A program made the translations under genes and the position numbers. This document shows positions 37,997-49,340 of a stretch of DNA of 64,000 nt, piece after piece. The notes beneath the pieces were generated by a model. It ran no database searches. It worked only from the letters and a program-made list of their open reading frames with translations, and was not told where the DNA came from. How positions within the stretch are numbered: position 1 is the stretch's first letter; the number at the start of each line of letters is the position of its first letter. Source of the DNA: Chthoniobacterales bacterium (GTDB taxonomy: Bacteria; Verrucomicrobiota; Verrucomicrobiia; Chthoniobacterales; UBA6821); NCBI GenBank assembly GCA_019747895.1, contig JAIEQF010000019.1, forward strand, positions 71,363 to 135,362, read 5' to 3'.

Positions 37997-38722
37997 ATGA
38001 CCCGATTTCAAAACCGCCTTCCCGACGCCTTGCGCGACATCACCATTCAAATAGGCATTGCCCCTCAAGCAATGGGTTCTGTTTTAATTTCTTTTGGTAA
38101 AACGCAAGTTATTTGCACAGCTTCTGCGGAAGCCGGAGTTCCTCGTTGGATGAAGGAACAAAATGTTTCAGGAGGTTGGATTACGGCCGAGTATTCGATG
38201 TTGCCTTATTCGACCTCTCCGCGAAAACAGCGCGACAGCACACGCGGAAAAGTGGACGGGCGTTCCACTGAGATTCAGCGATTGATCGGACGTTCGTTGC
38301 GTGCTGCTATCAATTTAGAAGCTCTCGGTTCTCGCACGATGTGGGTCGATTGTGATGTGCTTCAAGCAGATGGTGGTACGCGCACAGCCTCTATTACTGG
38401 TGCTAGTCTGGCTATGGCGCTTGCTTGCCAACATTTAGTCGCTACAAAACAAGTAGCAACTAACCCGATGAAACAATTAGTCGCTGCTGTTAGCGTTGGT
38501 ATTCATCAGTCTAAGGTGTTACTTGATCTTGATTATAGTGAAGATAAAGATGCCGAGGTTGATCTCAACTTAGTGATGAATGAATCACTCGAGTTTATTG
38601 AAATCCAAGCTTCTGGTGAAGAGAGTGTCTTTAATAACAGTCAACTCACAACGATGTTGGACTATGGACGTACTGGGATTACTCAGCTGCTGGAAAAACA
38701 AAGAATGATTCTTCAAAAGTAA
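37997..38722 (+). CDS. rph: Ribonuclease PH
   Basis: ORF 37973.. (TTG) trimmed to the ATG at 37997. GSVLISFGKTQVICTAS, TAEYSMLPYST and DCDVLQADGGTRTASITGA motifs. Confidence 0.93.
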   Translation: MTRFQNRLPDALRDITIQIGIAPQAMGSVLISFGKTQVICTASAEAGVPRWMKEQNVSGGWITAEYSMLPYSTSPRKQRDSTRGKVDGRSTEIQRLIGRSLRAAINLEALGSRTMWVDCDVLQADGGTRTASITGASLAMALACQHLVATKQVATNPMKQLVAAVSVGIHQSKVLLDLDYSEDKDAEVDLNLVMNESLEFIEIQASGEESVFNNSQLTTMLDYGRTGITQLLEKQRMILQK

Positions 38723-38782
38723 ATTTTTTTGGAAAGTGCTTGACCAGTATTCGGCAATCAGGCACTATCTGCGTCATATCTT

Positions 38783-39046
38783 ATGTCACGTCAATGTTCT
38801 ATCACAGGTTCCGTTTCCGTTCGCGGATCAAAAATTCATCGTAGAGGTCTTGCAAAGAAAAAAGGAGGTATCGGTATGCATATTACCGCTGTTACTCCTC
38901 GTTACTTCAGTCCTAACTTGAAAACTAAAAGAATTTGGGTTCCTGAACTTAAAAAATTTATTACCGTTAAGCTTAGTGTGCGTGCTTTGAAGACCATTTC
39001 AAAACGCGGTGCTTATGTGACCCTTTCAAAAGCCGGTTTAATTTAG
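38783..39046 (+). CDS. rpmB: 50S ribosomal protein L28
   Basis: MSRQCSITG....G.K..H and overall L28 sequence. Confidence 0.9.
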   Translation: MSRQCSITGSVSVRGSKIHRRGLAKKKGGIGMHITAVTPRYFSPNLKTKRIWVPELKKFITVKLSVRALKTISKRGAYVTLSKAGLI

Positions 39047-39092
39047 TTTAATTTTACAGAACATTAACTTCAACCAAGAAAGAAAAAAACCT

Positions 39093-39296
39093 ATGGCATT
39101 CAGCGCTGTTAGCAAAAAAAGTGGTAAGTCCTATTTTCTCCATGCTCGTCTTCAAGAGCTGAGAGGTGGTCAAAAAGTAACTCTTTATTATTTCGCAGGT
39201 GCAGCAGGGAAAGATGCTATCGATAGCCTTCCTGAAGGATACGAAATTTCTGAAAATGCTCGGACAGGACTTCCTCTCCTAAAGAAAAAGAGATAA
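39093..39296 (+). CDS. Small basic protein (67 aa), unknown function
   Basis: Clean ATG ORF, followed 30 nt later by a strong terminator. Confidence 0.5.
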   Translation: MAFSAVSKKSGKSYFLHARLQELRGGQKVTLYYFAGAAGKDAIDSLPEGYEISENARTGLPLLKKKR

Positions 39297-39325
39297 AAAA
39301 TTTCAAAAAATTTTTTTACAAAAAC

Positions 39326-39362
39326 AAAAGACCCAGTATTAACTGGGTCTTTTCTTTTTTTT
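39326..39362 (+). terminator. Rho-independent terminator
   Basis: aaaagacccagt-atta-actgggtctttt followed by ctttttttt. Confidence 0.85.
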
Positions 39363-39401
39363 AGGATTGGTTTTTTAGAAGATCAACTTTATGTTAGGTA
39401 G

Positions 39402-40262
39402 ATGATTCCTGATTCTAACTATGTTCACCCAGAGGTTGTTGTTTCCACAGAATGGGTAGCTTCCCATGTCAATGATCCATCGATTCGGATTATTGAGAGC
39501 AACGAAGATATTTTGCTTTATGATACAGGGCATGTGCCAGGAGCCGTTCACATCGATTGGCGGCGTGACTTGCAAGATCAACTCGTAAGAGATTACATCC
39601 AACCTACTGACTTTGCTTCGCTCTGTTCTCGCTATGGAATTACTCCTGAGACGACGTGTGTTTTTTATGGAGATAAGTCCAATTGGTGGTCTTGCTATGC
39701 GCTTTGGGTGTTTCGACTTTTTGGGCATACTAATGTTAAAATTATGAATGGTGGCCGCGATCTCTGGATTGCTGAAGCACGTCCTTTGACACGCGAAGTG
39801 ATCAAGTTTTCACCAAGCAATTATCCTGTTCCTGCAAAACGTCTCGATAAAGAGGTTCGAGCATTTTTTGAGGATGCGTTGAAACAGAGTCAACAACATC
39901 TTCCTTTGGTCGATGTCCGTTCTCCTGGTGAATTTTCTGGAGAGGTGACTCATATGCCTGACTATCCACAAGAGGGTGTGTTGCGTGGTGGTCACATTCC
40001 AGGCGCTCACGGTGTTCCTTGGAAACGGGCCGTCAATGAGGATGGCACTTTTAAATCAGCAGCAGAGCTTCGTGCAATTTATCAAGAAGAGCTCGTTCTG
40101 AAGCCAAGCGACGATGTCATTGCCTATTGCCGCATTGGAGAACGCTCGAGCCACACCTGGTTTGTCTTGACCTACCTCCTTGGATTTGACAACGTCCGCA
40201 ACTACGATGGATCATGGACGGAGTGGGGAAATCGTGTTGGAGCGCCGATTGAGCGGGCTTAA
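39402..40262 (+). CDS. Thiosulfate/3-mercaptopyruvate sulfurtransferase (tandem rhodanese domains)
   Basis: Two rhodanese domains with the active-site loop [12 protein letters not shown]. Confidence 0.88.
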   Translation: MIPDSNYVHPEVVVSTEWVASHVNDPSIRIIESNEDILLYDTGHVPGAVHIDWRRDLQDQLVRDYIQPTDFASLCSRYGITPETTCVFYGDKSNWWSCYALWVFRLFGHTNVKIMNGGRDLWIAEARPLTREVIKFSPSNYPVPAKRLDKEVRAFFEDALKQSQQHLPLVDVRSPGEFSGEVTHMPDYPQEGVLRGGHIPGAHGVPWKRAVNEDGTFKSAAELRAIYQEELVLKPSDDVIAYCRIGERSSHTWFVLTYLLGFDNVRNYDGSWTEWGNRVGAPIERA

Positions 40263-40272
40263 AAACAAAGAA

Positions 40273-40521
40273 GAAATTAACCACAAAGAACACAAAGATT
40301 ACACAAAGAACACAAAAGAATTTTTTGATAAAAAAATTCTAAGTATTAAGAAAAGAAGTCTCAATGGAAGTCTTCTTTTAATTGTTTGTAATCACAATTT
40401 TTAAAGCTTTCAATTTTATCTGCGATTGTCATTTTCAAAGCCTTAAAATTTTTTTATAAAAAATTTTATTTTGTGTTCTTTGTGTGCCGCTTTAGTAGCT
40501 TTGTGATCTTTGTGGTGAATT
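40273..40521. repeat. Word-arm hairpin, CACAAAGAA class, with about 50-nt arms
   Basis: gaaattaaccacaaagaacacaaagattacacaaagaacacaaaagaa against ttttgtgttctttgtgtgccgctttagtagctttgtgatctttgtggtgaatt. The loop holds an 8-bp stem aaaagaag/cttctttt. Ends 9 nt before the next ATG. Confidence 0.88.
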
Positions 40522-40530
40522 GTTTTTCTT

Positions 40531-40980
40531 ATGAGTTATCCCAAAAAATTAGCTGACATCATCGCACTCATGGAAGGGCTTCCTGAAATAGAGCGGCGTG
40601 AGATGCTGGTGGCTTATGCCGACCAAGCAAAAAATCAGGAGCCACGCGAGGGCGAGGTTTTCGATTTTGAAGATTTTCGCAAAGATGAAGAATGCACAGA
40701 TTCTGTAGGCATCTATTTAAAAACTGATCAAGAGGGGAGATGTCACTTCCGTGTTAAATTAGGACCTCAAGTCCAAACCCTCACACGTGCCATGAGTTCG
40801 ATTCTCTGCAAGGGGCTTGATGGGCTTGTGCTCGAAGAATTGCAAGCTGTGCCTCAAGATTTTGTTCCAAAAATCGTTGGAGCCGAACTTGTGAGAATCC
40901 GAAGCCACACCGTTTACTATTTGCTAACACGAATGAAGACAGCAGCTGCTGTCTGGAAAAAAAGACAAGCTCGAGGATAG
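40531..40980 (+). CDS. SufE-like sulfur-acceptor protein
   Basis: Size and an ECTDSVGIYL motif in the position of the SufE GCxSxVW persulfide-accepting Cys loop. Adjacent to the rhodanese gene. Confidence 0.65.
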   Translation: MSYPKKLADIIALMEGLPEIERREMLVAYADQAKNQEPREGEVFDFEDFRKDEECTDSVGIYLKTDQEGRCHFRVKLGPQVQTLTRAMSSILCKGLDGLVLEELQAVPQDFVPKIVGAELVRIRSHTVYYLLTRMKTAAAVWKKRQARG

Positions 40981-40983
40981 GAT

Positions 40984-42144
40984 TCAATTTTTATTCAAAT
41001 AACTAATCGCCACCTGAGCTAGCATTTCAGCGGCTATGGGAATGATCGCATCGTTGAATTCATAACGCGGGCGATGAGGGTGATATTCTTTTGGGCCGAT
41101 GCCCATCCAGAAATAGGAACCTGGAATTTTTTCAAGATAGTAAGAAAAATCTTCTGATGCCATGCCTGGGTCAGTCAGAAGAGTTACATGATCTTCTCCT
41201 AAAACTTTTTTTGCGACATCGTAAGTCAATTGAGTTTCTTGAGGATGATTGAATGTGGGAGGAAAGGAATAGGAAAAATTAATAGTGACTGTTGCTCCAA
41301 AAGAAGTAGCGATGTTCGTTGTAATCTTAGTTAACTTTTCTTTTAGCATGGCTCGATTAGCTGGGGTAATGGCTCGCAGAGTCCCTTGAAATGTGGCTTG
41401 GCTAGGAATCACATTATGAGTGTTGCCCGCATGAAATTGGGTGACAGAAAGAACAACAGGTTCTACTGGAGCGCTGCAGCGGCTGACGATTCCTTGCAGT
41501 GCCTGAATGATCATGGTGCCAATGTAGATTGGATCAACCGTCAAGTGAGGGTAGGCGGCATGACCGCCTTTGCCATGAATTACCACCGTAAAAACATCTT
41601 GTGAGGCGAAGAGGCAATCCATTTTTGTTTTGAAAACACCAAAGTCAGACTTTGTAGAATTGTGATATCCAAAAATAGCATCGACTTTCGGATTTTCTAA
41701 AACTCCATCTTCAATCATCGCTGCTGCGCCAGTTCCAGTTTCTTCAGCAGGTTGAAAAATGAATTTTATTTTTCCTTGGAACTGATCCTTGCATTGCATC
41801 AAGGCTCCTGCAGCGGCTAACAGCGTCGCTGTGTGGCCATCGTGACCACAGGCATGCATTTTTCCATCACGTGTCGAGCGATAAGGTAAGTCTGTCTCTT
41901 CATGAATCGGAAGAGCATCCATGTCGGCACGCAGCGCCACCGTTTTTCCTGGCTTGCCAGAATCTAAAACAGCCGAGACGCCAGTACCACCGATTCCTTC
42001 AGTCACTTCATAACCAAATTTTTTGAGCGTCTTGCTGACTAACGCTGCTGTCTCATATTCTTGATGAGCCAACTCGGGATGAGCATGAAGGTGATGGCGG
42101 AGTTCAACGATCTCTGAAACGAGTTGTTGTAAAATTAATTTCAT
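40984..42144 (-). CDS. M20D-family amidohydrolase (hippurate hydrolase / N-acyl-amino-acid amidohydrolase-like)
   Basis: LRADMDALPI, HACGHDGH and FQPAEE motifs. Confidence 0.88.
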   Translation of the reverse strand: MKLILQQLVSEIVELRHHLHAHPELAHQEYETAALVSKTLKKFGYEVTEGIGGTGVSAVLDSGKPGKTVALRADMDALPIHEETDLPYRSTRDGKMHACGHDGHTATLLAAAGALMQCKDQFQGKIKFIFQPAEETGTGAAAMIEDGVLENPKVDAIFGYHNSTKSDFGVFKTKMDCLFASQDVFTVVIHGKGGHAAYPHLTVDPIYIGTMIIQALQGIVSRCSAPVEPVVLSVTQFHAGNTHNVIPSQATFQGTLRAITPANRAMLKEKLTKITTNIATSFGATVTINFSYSFPPTFNHPQETQLTYDVAKKVLGEDHVTLLTDPGMASEDFSYYLEKIPGSYFWMGIGPKEYHPHRPRYEFNDAIIPIAAEMLAQVAISYLNKN

Positions 42145-42809
42145 GGGTAAATTATTTTTTTGATTCCTTTAAATAGAGCCACGCAGCCAATAATTTTAAT
42201 GTCCACATCAGTGAGATTTTTTTCGAGAATTTCTTTCAGCAATAGGCAACGATCTTCTTGATTTGAAAAAATTTGTTTTTTATTAAAATAATGCATCATG
42301 CGAATACTCAGAAAATTTTGCAACTCAGGATCAGGAAGAATAGTACTCCCAAATAAAATTCCTCCTGGTCGTAGCATGGAAGTAGCATTAGCAATGACAC
42401 TGTTTTTGGATCTCATGTCGCCAGGTAGGCAATGCAAAAGATAATTCATGGAAATAGAGTCAAATTTTTGAGCAAGATTTGCCTGTGGTTTAAAAATGTC
42501 TGATAAATAAATCGCAGGTGATAACCAGCTCACTGATTGAGCAGCAGCTTGTAAGCATGCTGGGTTTAGGTCCATTAAGGAAAGTTGAGTGTTATGAGGC
42601 CATGCTGTTTTTTTTAAAAAGAAACCTGTTCCAACTCCAATGTCCAAGTGAGCAGGCGTAACATAACGATGATATTGTTCTAGTTGATAACGAGTCGGGC
42701 ATCTCCAAACGCAATGGTTGTTGAAGATAGGGACGATGAAATTATACAATTTAAGTGTGAAGGAAGTATAACATGCTTGTCCTGCTTTAATTTCTGATTC
42801 GGTAGGCAT
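42141..42809 (-). CDS. Class I SAM-dependent methyltransferase
   Basis: Motif I LDIGVGTGFF and post-I LMDLNP. Overlaps the downstream gene by 4 nt. Confidence 0.8.
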   Translation of the reverse strand: MPTESEIKAGQACYTSFTLKLYNFIVPIFNNHCVWRCPTRYQLEQYHRYVTPAHLDIGVGTGFFLKKTAWPHNTQLSLMDLNPACLQAAAQSVSWLSPAIYLSDIFKPQANLAQKFDSISMNYLLHCLPGDMRSKNSVIANATSMLRPGGILFGSTILPDPELQNFLSIRMMHYFNKKQIFSNQEDRCLLLKEILEKNLTDVDIKIIGCVALFKGIKKIIYP

Positions 42810-42814
42810 AGGAA

Positions 42815-43663
42815 TTATCGATTTAATGCAGGATAGGTGAACAACAACAACTGCGTGAAGTTCAATAAAAAGTGAGTGATCATGCTGGCTTCAATTCGCT
42901 TGGTGACATGATAAATCCATCCGTAAAAAATTCCGGCGATGGCTGCTAAGAGAATGTAGTAGATTCCACCTTGGTAGTGAGCTAATCCAAAGAAAAATGC
43001 TGAAGCGAGGATCGCAATGAGGGGAGCAGAGCGATGGTTGTACTTACTCAATGATTGCTGGAGGAAGCCTCGAAAAAATCCTTCCTCAGCAACGCAGGTG
43101 AAAAAAAGATTGCTCATCATCCAGAGAGGGAGATGTGGCGGCAATTTTGGTTCCCATCGAATATAACCAAGTGCCATCGAGAGGAGAGTCAGGCTCACTA
43201 GTGTGAGTGGTAATCGTGAGAATGTTTGTTGCAAGAGTTGCTTCCAGTCGCTTCCATTGGACGCAAGTGGTAAGAGCGTTCCAAGAAGAATCAGTCCCGC
43301 AGAAATTTTTCCTAAATTAAAACCCAAGCTGAATGGAATCGCATCGGATGTGAATTGAATCTGGTTGATGACCCACAGCGGTTGAAAGCCTGGAACCTTG
43401 TCTATTTCAAATGCAAAGCCCAGAACAAAGATGGCTCCCCAATAAAAATATTTTCTTCGCAGAGAAGAATGATATTGCTGAAGAAAATCATAGAATAAAA
43501 CGATGGCGATGATTCCAATGAGATGAGCAGCGCCACTGAAAAAACTGAGCAGCAGTGCCAGCAATAAAAAGAATTTCCAATACCCTGTTTTTTTACCAGG
43601 AAGCCATAATGTGATGATGCTGATCAGTAGTGCAATATAGAGGCTGTAAGTTAGTAGCATCAT
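42815..43663 (-). CDS. CPBP-family intramembrane glutamic endopeptidase
   Basis: EEGFFRGF, FGLAH and ITHFLLN motifs in a polytopic protein. Confidence 0.85.
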   Translation of the reverse strand: MMLLTYSLYIALLISIITLWLPGKKTGYWKFFLLLALLLSFFSGAAHLIGIIAIVLFYDFLQQYHSSLRRKYFYWGAIFVLGFAFEIDKVPGFQPLWVINQIQFTSDAIPFSLGFNLGKISAGLILLGTLLPLASNGSDWKQLLQQTFSRLPLTLVSLTLLSMALGYIRWEPKLPPHLPLWMMSNLFFTCVAEEGFFRGFLQQSLSKYNHRSAPLIAILASAFFFGLAHYQGGIYYILLAAIAGIFYGWIYHVTKRIEASMITHFLLNFTQLLLFTYPALNR

Positions 43664-43676
43664 GAAATCTTATTTT

Positions 43677-43712
43677 TTCTTTGATTTCTTTGTGCTCTTT
43701 GTGGCCATTCTC
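43677..43712. repeat. Single CACAAAGAA-class arm between the carB stop and the CPBP start
   Basis: ttctttgatttctttgtgctctttgtggccattctc. No partner arm nearby. Confidence 0.75.
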
Positions 43713-43721
43713 TTTTTGCAG

Positions 43722-46700
43722 TTAATCCCCTTTTTCCTTTAACGAAGCATGAAACTCCTGAATGCTGCAGACTTCAAGCGGTCCAGCCTGCATGCTGCGG
43801 ATGGCAGCAATGCTCGCAATGGCAGCGCGGAGAACGGTGATCGTCGGGACTCCATGGGCAACAGCGGCGCTACGAATAATGATTTCATCACGCCGTGGCT
43901 GCTTGCCAGTTGGCGTGTTAATAGAGAGGTGCATCGAGCCTCCTTTGATCATGTCGAGAACATTGGGGTGTCCTTCGCTCAGTTTGTTGAGCTGAGTCAC
44001 CTTGATGCCAGCTTCTTGTAGGACAGCAGCGGTGCCGCGAGTCGCAAAGAGATCGAAGCCAAGTTCTATAAATTCTTTTACAATCGGGATGATCGCTTTT
44101 TTATCAGAGTCTTTGACGCTAACAAAAAGATTTCCTCCGAGTGGGAGAGAAGGGTGTGCCGCCATCTGCGCTTTGGCATAAGCATGTCCTAAGTCGTGAT
44201 CGAGGCCCATGACCTCACCAGTGGAGCGCATCTCAGGACCGAGCACGGTATCGGTGCCAGGGAATTTGATGAAAGGCATCACCGGTGCTTTGACACAAAA
44301 ATGAGATAGCACTACTTCCTCGGTAAAACCAAGCGCTGCCAATGTTTGGCCGGCCATGATCTTAGCGGCAAGCTTGGCAAGTGGCACTCCGATCGCCTTG
44401 CTCACAAAAGGAGAGGTGCGGGAAGCGCGAGGGTTGACTTCTAAAACATAAACCTCGTCACCTTTCACGGCAAACTGGACGTTCATAAGGCCGCGGACAT
44501 TGAGTTCCAGGGCCATCGCTTTTGTTGCTGAACGAATTTTTTCCAACACTGGAGTTGAGAGAGAGAATGTTGGAATGACACAGGCGCTGTCTCCACTGTG
44601 AATGCCAGCTTCTTCAATGTGCTCCATGATCCCTCCAATGACGCACTGGTGGCCATCTGCGAGGCAGTCGACATCAACTTCAGTAGCATCTTCTAAAAAG
44701 CGATCGATGAGCACTGGGCGCTCAGGGCTTATGGCAACAGCTACTTTGATGTAACGTCGGAGGTCGTGCTCTGCGTAGACAATTTCCATGGCGCGTCCAC
44801 CCAGCACAAAGGAAGGTCGCACTAAGACAGGATAGCCAATTCTTTCCGCGATAGCGACAGCCTCTGTTTCATTGATTGCAGTCTCTCCGAGTGTTTGACG
44901 AAGACCAAGTTTGTTAATCATCGCAGAGAAGCACTTGCGATCTTCTGCTTTCTCGATGTCTTGAGGTTGCGTTCCGATAATAGTCACGCCGCGGGCTTGC
45001 AAGGCTGCAGCAAGGTTCAAGGGAGTCTGTCCACCAAATTGCACAACGGCTGCATCGCATTGTTCGCGCTCATAGATGTTGAGAACATCTTCGAGGGTGA
45101 GGGGTTCGAAATAAAGTTTATCACTGCTATCGTAGTCGGTGGAAACTGTTTCCGGGTTGGAGTTGACCATGATTGTTTCATAGCCGGCCTCTTGAAGCGC
45201 AAAGCTAGCGTGGACGCAGCAGTAATCAAATTCAATTCCTTGGCCGATGCGGTTGGGACCACCACCGAGGATAAGAACTTTCTTTTTATCGCTGCTGCGG
45301 GTTTCATCTTCTTCGCCGTAGGTTGAATAATAGTAAGGTGTCGAAGCCTCAAACTCCGCAGCGCACGTGTCAACGAGGCGATACGTTGGGACGATTCCTT
45401 TGAGTTTTCGCTCGGCCCTGATCTCATCTTCTGGACGGCCTGAGAGGAAGGCGAGCTGATGATCCGAGAATCCTAATTTTTTAGCGCGGTGTAGCGGAAT
45501 TTGATTCGGTTGGGCGCGATACTCTTGTTCTTCTTGGACCAATTCCAAAATGTGATGGAGAAACCAAGGATCAATGCCGCTCCACTCATGGATTTCTTCA
45601 ACAGAAAGGTTGGCGAGGAACGCATAGCGAACCATAAAAATTCGCTCTGCGCAAGGGACACGCAAATTTTGTTCGATCGTTTTGAGATCCCAACTTCCAT
45701 CAGGAAGGCGAGGTTCCTTGTCTCGGCCGTCGGCACCAAGCCCAAAGCGGCCTGTTTCCAAGGAGCGAAGTGCTTTTTGAAGTGACTGTTTGAAGGTGCG
45801 GCCTAAAGCAATCACTTCACCAACGCTTTTCATCTGCGTGGTGAGGGTGGCATCAGCGAGTGGGAACTTTTCAAAAGTGAAGCGAGGAATTTTAACGACG
45901 CAATAATCGATCGCTGGTTCAAAGCACGCTGTGGTGTTTTGAGTGATATCGTTTTTAAGTTCATCCAGGCGATAACCTACAGCCAGCTTCGCAGCGATTT
46001 TTGCAATCGGATAACCAGTCGCCTTGGAAGCGAGTGCTGAAGAGCGTGAGACGCGCGGGTTCATTTCAATGACGATCATGCGTCCTGTCTTAGGATGAAC
46101 TGCAAATTGGATGTTCGATCCTCCTGTTTCTACTCCAACGGCACGAATTACAGCAAAAGAGGCATCGCGCATTCGTTGATATTCTTTGTCGGTGAGTGTT
46201 TGAATGGGAGCCACGGTGATCGAGTCGCCTGTGTGAACACCCATCGGATCAATATTCTCAATCGAGCAAATCACGATGCAGTTGTCAGCGCAGTCGCGGA
46301 TGACTTCGACTTCAAATTCTTTCCAACCGAGTAGCGATTCTTCAATGAGGATTTCGCTTGTTGGAGAGAGGTCAAGCCCATGACGTGAGATCGTCTCGAG
46401 TTCTTCGCGATTGCGAGCGATGCCGCCACCAGCTCCGCCGAGTGTAAAAGCAGGTCGAATAATCAAGGGATAGATTCCAATGCGATCGGCTTCAGCAAGG
46501 GCTTCTTCGATGGTGTGAGCTATTGCTGAGCTGGCCACTTCTAATCCAATCTCCAGCATCAACTTTTTGAAAAGGGAACGGTCTTCTCCTCGTTGGATAG
46601 CTTCTGCATTGGCTCCGATAAGGCGAACACCATGCTTTTTGAGGATGCCACGTCGCACCAGTTCCATGGAGACGTTGAGTGCCGTCTGGCCTCCCAGCGT

Positions 46701-46964
46701 AGGAAGTAACGAATCAGGTTTTTCTCGCTCAATAATTTTTTCGATGATCTCTGGAGTGATTGGCTCGATGTAAGTTCGCTGAGCAAACTCTGGATCCGTC
46801 ATGATCGTCGCTGGATTCGAATTAACCAGGACGACCTCATAGCCCTCTTCTGCTAAGGCTTTGCAGGCTTGCACTCCCGAATAATCAAACTCACATCCTT
46901 GTCCAATGACAATGGGACCGGCACCGATGAGGAGAATTTTTTTGAGAGTAGGATCTTTGGGCAT
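43722..46964 (-). CDS. carB: Carbamoyl-phosphate synthase large subunit
   Basis: 1080 aa with duplicated ATP-grasp halves, [11 protein letters not shown] / [11 protein letters not shown], and a C-terminal MGS-like domain. Confidence 0.97.
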   Translation of the reverse strand: MPKDPTLKKILLIGAGPIVIGQGCEFDYSGVQACKALAEEGYEVVLVNSNPATIMTDPEFAQRTYIEPITPEIIEKIIEREKPDSLLPTLGGQTALNVSMELVRRGILKKHGVRLIGANAEAIQRGEDRSLFKKLMLEIGLEVASSAIAHTIEEALAEADRIGIYPLIIRPAFTLGGAGGGIARNREELETISRHGLDLSPTSEILIEESLLGWKEFEVEVIRDCADNCIVICSIENIDPMGVHTGDSITVAPIQTLTDKEYQRMRDASFAVIRAVGVETGGSNIQFAVHPKTGRMIVIEMNPRVSRSSALASKATGYPIAKIAAKLAVGYRLDELKNDITQNTTACFEPAIDYCVVKIPRFTFEKFPLADATLTTQMKSVGEVIALGRTFKQSLQKALRSLETGRFGLGADGRDKEPRLPDGSWDLKTIEQNLRVPCAERIFMVRYAFLANLSVEEIHEWSGIDPWFLHHILELVQEEQEYRAQPNQIPLHRAKKLGFSDHQLAFLSGRPEDEIRAERKLKGIVPTYRLVDTCAAEFEASTPYYYSTYGEEDETRSSDKKKVLILGGGPNRIGQGIEFDYCCVHASFALQEAGYETIMVNSNPETVSTDYDSSDKLYFEPLTLEDVLNIYEREQCDAAVVQFGGQTPLNLAAALQARGVTIIGTQPQDIEKAEDRKCFSAMINKLGLRQTLGETAINETEAVAIAERIGYPVLVRPSFVLGGRAMEIVYAEHDLRRYIKVAVAISPERPVLIDRFLEDATEVDVDCLADGHQCVIGGIMEHIEEAGIHSGDSACVIPTFSLSTPVLEKIRSATKAMALELNVRGLMNVQFAVKGDEVYVLEVNPRASRTSPFVSKAIGVPLAKLAAKIMAGQTLAALGFTEEVVLSHFCVKAPVMPFIKFPGTDTVLGPEMRSTGEVMGLDHDLGHAYAKAQMAAHPSLPLGGNLFVSVKDSDKKAIIPIVKEFIELGFDLFATRGTAAVLQEAGIKVTQLNKLSEGHPNVLDMIKGGSMHLSINTPTGKQPRRDEIIIRSAAVAHGVPTITVLRAAIASIAAIRSMQAGPLEVCSIQEFHASLKEKGD

Positions 46965-46965
46965 T

Positions 46966-47426
46966 CTGACAGGTTATAGGTTGCAGGTTACAGGTTACAG
47001 GTAATTTTCTATAGGAAAAATTATTTTGATAGATGCACTGATTTTATTAGGGAATAAAGAACTTTTTTAGCTTCTTCTATTATTGAATGATGTTCCAAAC
47101 TGCTTTCATTCAGATATCCTAAGCGGCTTGCTAAACTCCATTGATAATCTAGTTCTTTAAGAGAGCCATAAGCAATTTCGAGATAACGAAGATACTCAGC
47201 TTGGCTTTCACGCGTGCATCCTTCAACAATATTAGAAGCTACAGAAACTGCTGCTCGACGAATTTGTGAAGTTAATCCGTAGATTTCTTCCTTGGGGAAA
47301 TTTTGTGTGCTTTTGTAAATAAGTATGGCTACTTCATCAGCTAATTGAAAAGCACGCAATTTTGTGTGATCTCTCATAAAATGTTTCTTACCTGTCACCT
47401 GCAACCTGTTACCTGTTTACCTGTTA
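46966..47426. mobile_element. Inverted-repeat-bounded insert (ACAGGTT-class arms) carrying four-helix-bundle gene 1, filling the icd-carB spacer
   Basis: Arms ctgacaggttataggttgcaggttacaggttacaggtaa (46966-47004) and ttacctgtcacctgcaacctgttacctgtttacctgtta (47388-47426). The proximal 19 nt have 2 mismatches. The right arm contains the icd stop; the left arm ends 1 nt from the carB ATG. Mobility is an inference. Confidence 0.7.
47021..47377 (-). CDS. Four-helix-bundle protein (23S rRNA intervening-sequence protein / Avd family)
   Basis: ORF trimmed to the ATG at 47377. FQLADEVAILIYKSTQNFPKEEIYGLTSQIRRAAVSVASNIVEG...YLRYLEIAYGSLKELDYQ matches the family pattern (FPkeE..L.sQlrRAa.Si..NIaEG...f...l.iA.GS..E). 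Confidence 0.9.
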   Translation of the reverse strand: MRDHTKLRAFQLADEVAILIYKSTQNFPKEEIYGLTSQIRRAAVSVASNIVEGCTRESQAEYLRYLEIAYGSLKELDYQWSLASRLGYLNESSLEHHSIIEEAKKVLYSLIKSVHLSK

Positions 47427-48872
47427 TTGGCCTTGTCCGCGGGTGAATCCTGGCTTGCCATCAAAGTTGTAAAGCAATTCTGTTTTGAGAAATTCGATAC
47501 CATCGGCGGTGATGCGTTCGAGGAGCTGGATCACGGAACGATGATCGACGGTGCCACTTGTGCCATCAGGAAGTTTGAAGCGAGCTCGAAAAGAATCAGA
47601 GCAGAAGATTCCTGGCATTCCTTTTGGCCAGACGGCCATGCCACGATTATCGATCATTTCGAGTTTCATTCCATAGCCTTCACATTGGGAAAGAATCGCG
47701 CCGAGGTCCTCTGCGGAACCTTTGGTGAATTCAACAAAGACATCAACACCGATCAGTTCTCGTTTTTCGGTTGGACGAACATAGGCAAGGACCTTGCCAA
47801 GGTTGCTCTCTCCTTTTTTATAGGTGACTGCCTTGAGTTGTTGTGGCTTTTTACCAAGACGATCAACAACAGCTTGTGCAAATTCTTTGGTGCCGACTTT
47901 TTGTTTGCTGACACCTTCTTTGAAAATGTCATAGGTGTGAATTCCATCTTCCAGCGCGCAGAGCCAGGCATTATGGGCTTTCTCGGCGACTTCGGTTTGA
48001 CCGATGTGAAGGAGCATTAAGATGCTTCCAAGAAAAAGTCCAGATGGATTGGCGAGATTTTGTCCAGCACGACGAGGAGCAGAACCGTGAATCGCTTCAA
48101 ACATCGCAGCATTAACACCAATGTTGGAGGAGCCCGCGAGGCCGACAGAACCTGCGATCTGAGCTGCTACATCAGAGAGGATATCGCCATAAAGATTCGG
48201 AAGCACAACGACATCGAAAGCCTCTGGCGTGTCTGCGAGCTTGGCTGCGCCGATGTCCACAATCCAATGTTCGTTTTCAATGTCAGGATATTGTGCTGCA
48301 ATTTCATCAAAAATTTTATGAAAAAGACCATCGGTCATCTTCATGATATTGTCTTTGGTGAAGCAAGTGACTTTTTTGCGATTATTCGCCCGTGCATATT
48401 CAAAAGCATAACGAATGATTTTTTCGCTGCCTGGACGCGAGATCAGTTTGGTGCAGCTGATGACATCTTGTGATTGGCGATGCTCGATGCCTGCGTAGAG
48501 ATCTTCTTCGTTTTCACGAACAATGACGACATCCATGACGGGATGCTTGGTAGCAACAAACGGTGCGTAGCTTACGCAAGGACGTACGTTGGCATAGAGT
48601 CCGAGGGCTTTGCGGGCAGTCACGTTCAAGCTTTTGAAGCCACCACCTTGAGGTGTGGTGATTGGAGCTTTGAGAAAAACTTTCGTGCGACGTAGTGACT
48701 CCCAAGCTGAAGGCTCGATGCCAGCAGGATTCCCAGCCAGGTAAACTTTTTCTCCAATTTCAATGCGCTCGATGTCGAGCTGTGCACCTGCTGATTGAAT
48801 AATGTGGAGAGTGGCCTCCATGATTTCGGGGCCAATGCCATCGCCGTATGCTACTGTGATCGGAGTTTTCAT
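47424..48872 (-). CDS. icd: Isocitrate dehydrogenase (about 480-aa form of the isocitrate/isopropylmalate dehydrogenase family)
   Basis: GDGIGPEI, SLNVTARK-type substrate loop and NLYGDILSD motifs. Confidence 0.88.
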   Translation of the reverse strand: MKTPITVAYGDGIGPEIMEATLHIIQSAGAQLDIERIEIGEKVYLAGNPAGIEPSAWESLRRTKVFLKAPITTPQGGGFKSLNVTARKALGLYANVRPCVSYAPFVATKHPVMDVVIVRENEEDLYAGIEHRQSQDVISCTKLISRPGSEKIIRYAFEYARANNRKKVTCFTKDNIMKMTDGLFHKIFDEIAAQYPDIENEHWIVDIGAAKLADTPEAFDVVVLPNLYGDILSDVAAQIAGSVGLAGSSNIGVNAAMFEAIHGSAPRRAGQNLANPSGLFLGSILMLLHIGQTEVAEKAHNAWLCALEDGIHTYDIFKEGVSKQKVGTKEFAQAVVDRLGKKPQQLKAVTYKKGESNLGKVLAYVRPTEKRELIGVDVFVEFTKGSAEDLGAILSQCEGYGMKLEMIDNRGMAVWPKGMPGIFCSDSFRARFKLPDGTSGTVDHRSVIQLLERITADGIEFLKTELLYNFDGKPGFTRGQGQ

Positions 48873-48920
48873 AAAAAAGTTGAGAGGTTGAGCGCTGCCT
48901 TTGGCAGCTGTTGATCGGCG

Positions 48921-49340
48921 CTAATGCGCCTGTTGAGAAGTTGAGGAGGGAGCTGTTTTTGTTTTTGCTCGCTGTTCTTGTGAAGAATGCAAAGCGCTTA
49001 ATTGAGTAGCGATTGATTTTATTGTTTTACGTTGAAAAGACAACTCTGATTCCAAAAGATAACCTTGATCAAATGCAATAATCAATAAATTCAATGATTC
49101 TAACAAAGATGAATAAGCAATATTAGAAAAGTGAGCTTGGTCTTTGTGAGACTTGCGTGCGGAACCTTCGGCTATATTTGTTGGAACAGAAACAGCAGCT
49201 CGATTCAATTGAGCTATCAATCCAAAACTTTCTTTATTTGGAAAAGAGCTGGTAATATTATAAACGGCTTTTACCCAAATCCGTGCCTCTTGCCATACTC
49301 GTAATTTTTCAAAAGTAAATAGGCTGGTATTCGTAATCAT
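48921..49340 (-). CDS. Four-helix-bundle protein (23S rRNA intervening-sequence protein / Avd family)
   Basis: FEKLRVWQEARIWVKAVYNITSSFPNKESFGLIAQLNRAAVSVPTNIAEGSAR.S.KD...F..IAYSSLLE. The C-terminal tail is translated repeat arm. Confidence 0.9.
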   Translation of the reverse strand: MITNTSLFTFEKLRVWQEARIWVKAVYNITSSFPNKESFGLIAQLNRAAVSVPTNIAEGSARKSHKDQAHFSNIAYSSLLESLNLLIIAFDQGYLLESELSFQRKTIKSIATQLSALHSSQEQRAKTKTAPSSTSQQAH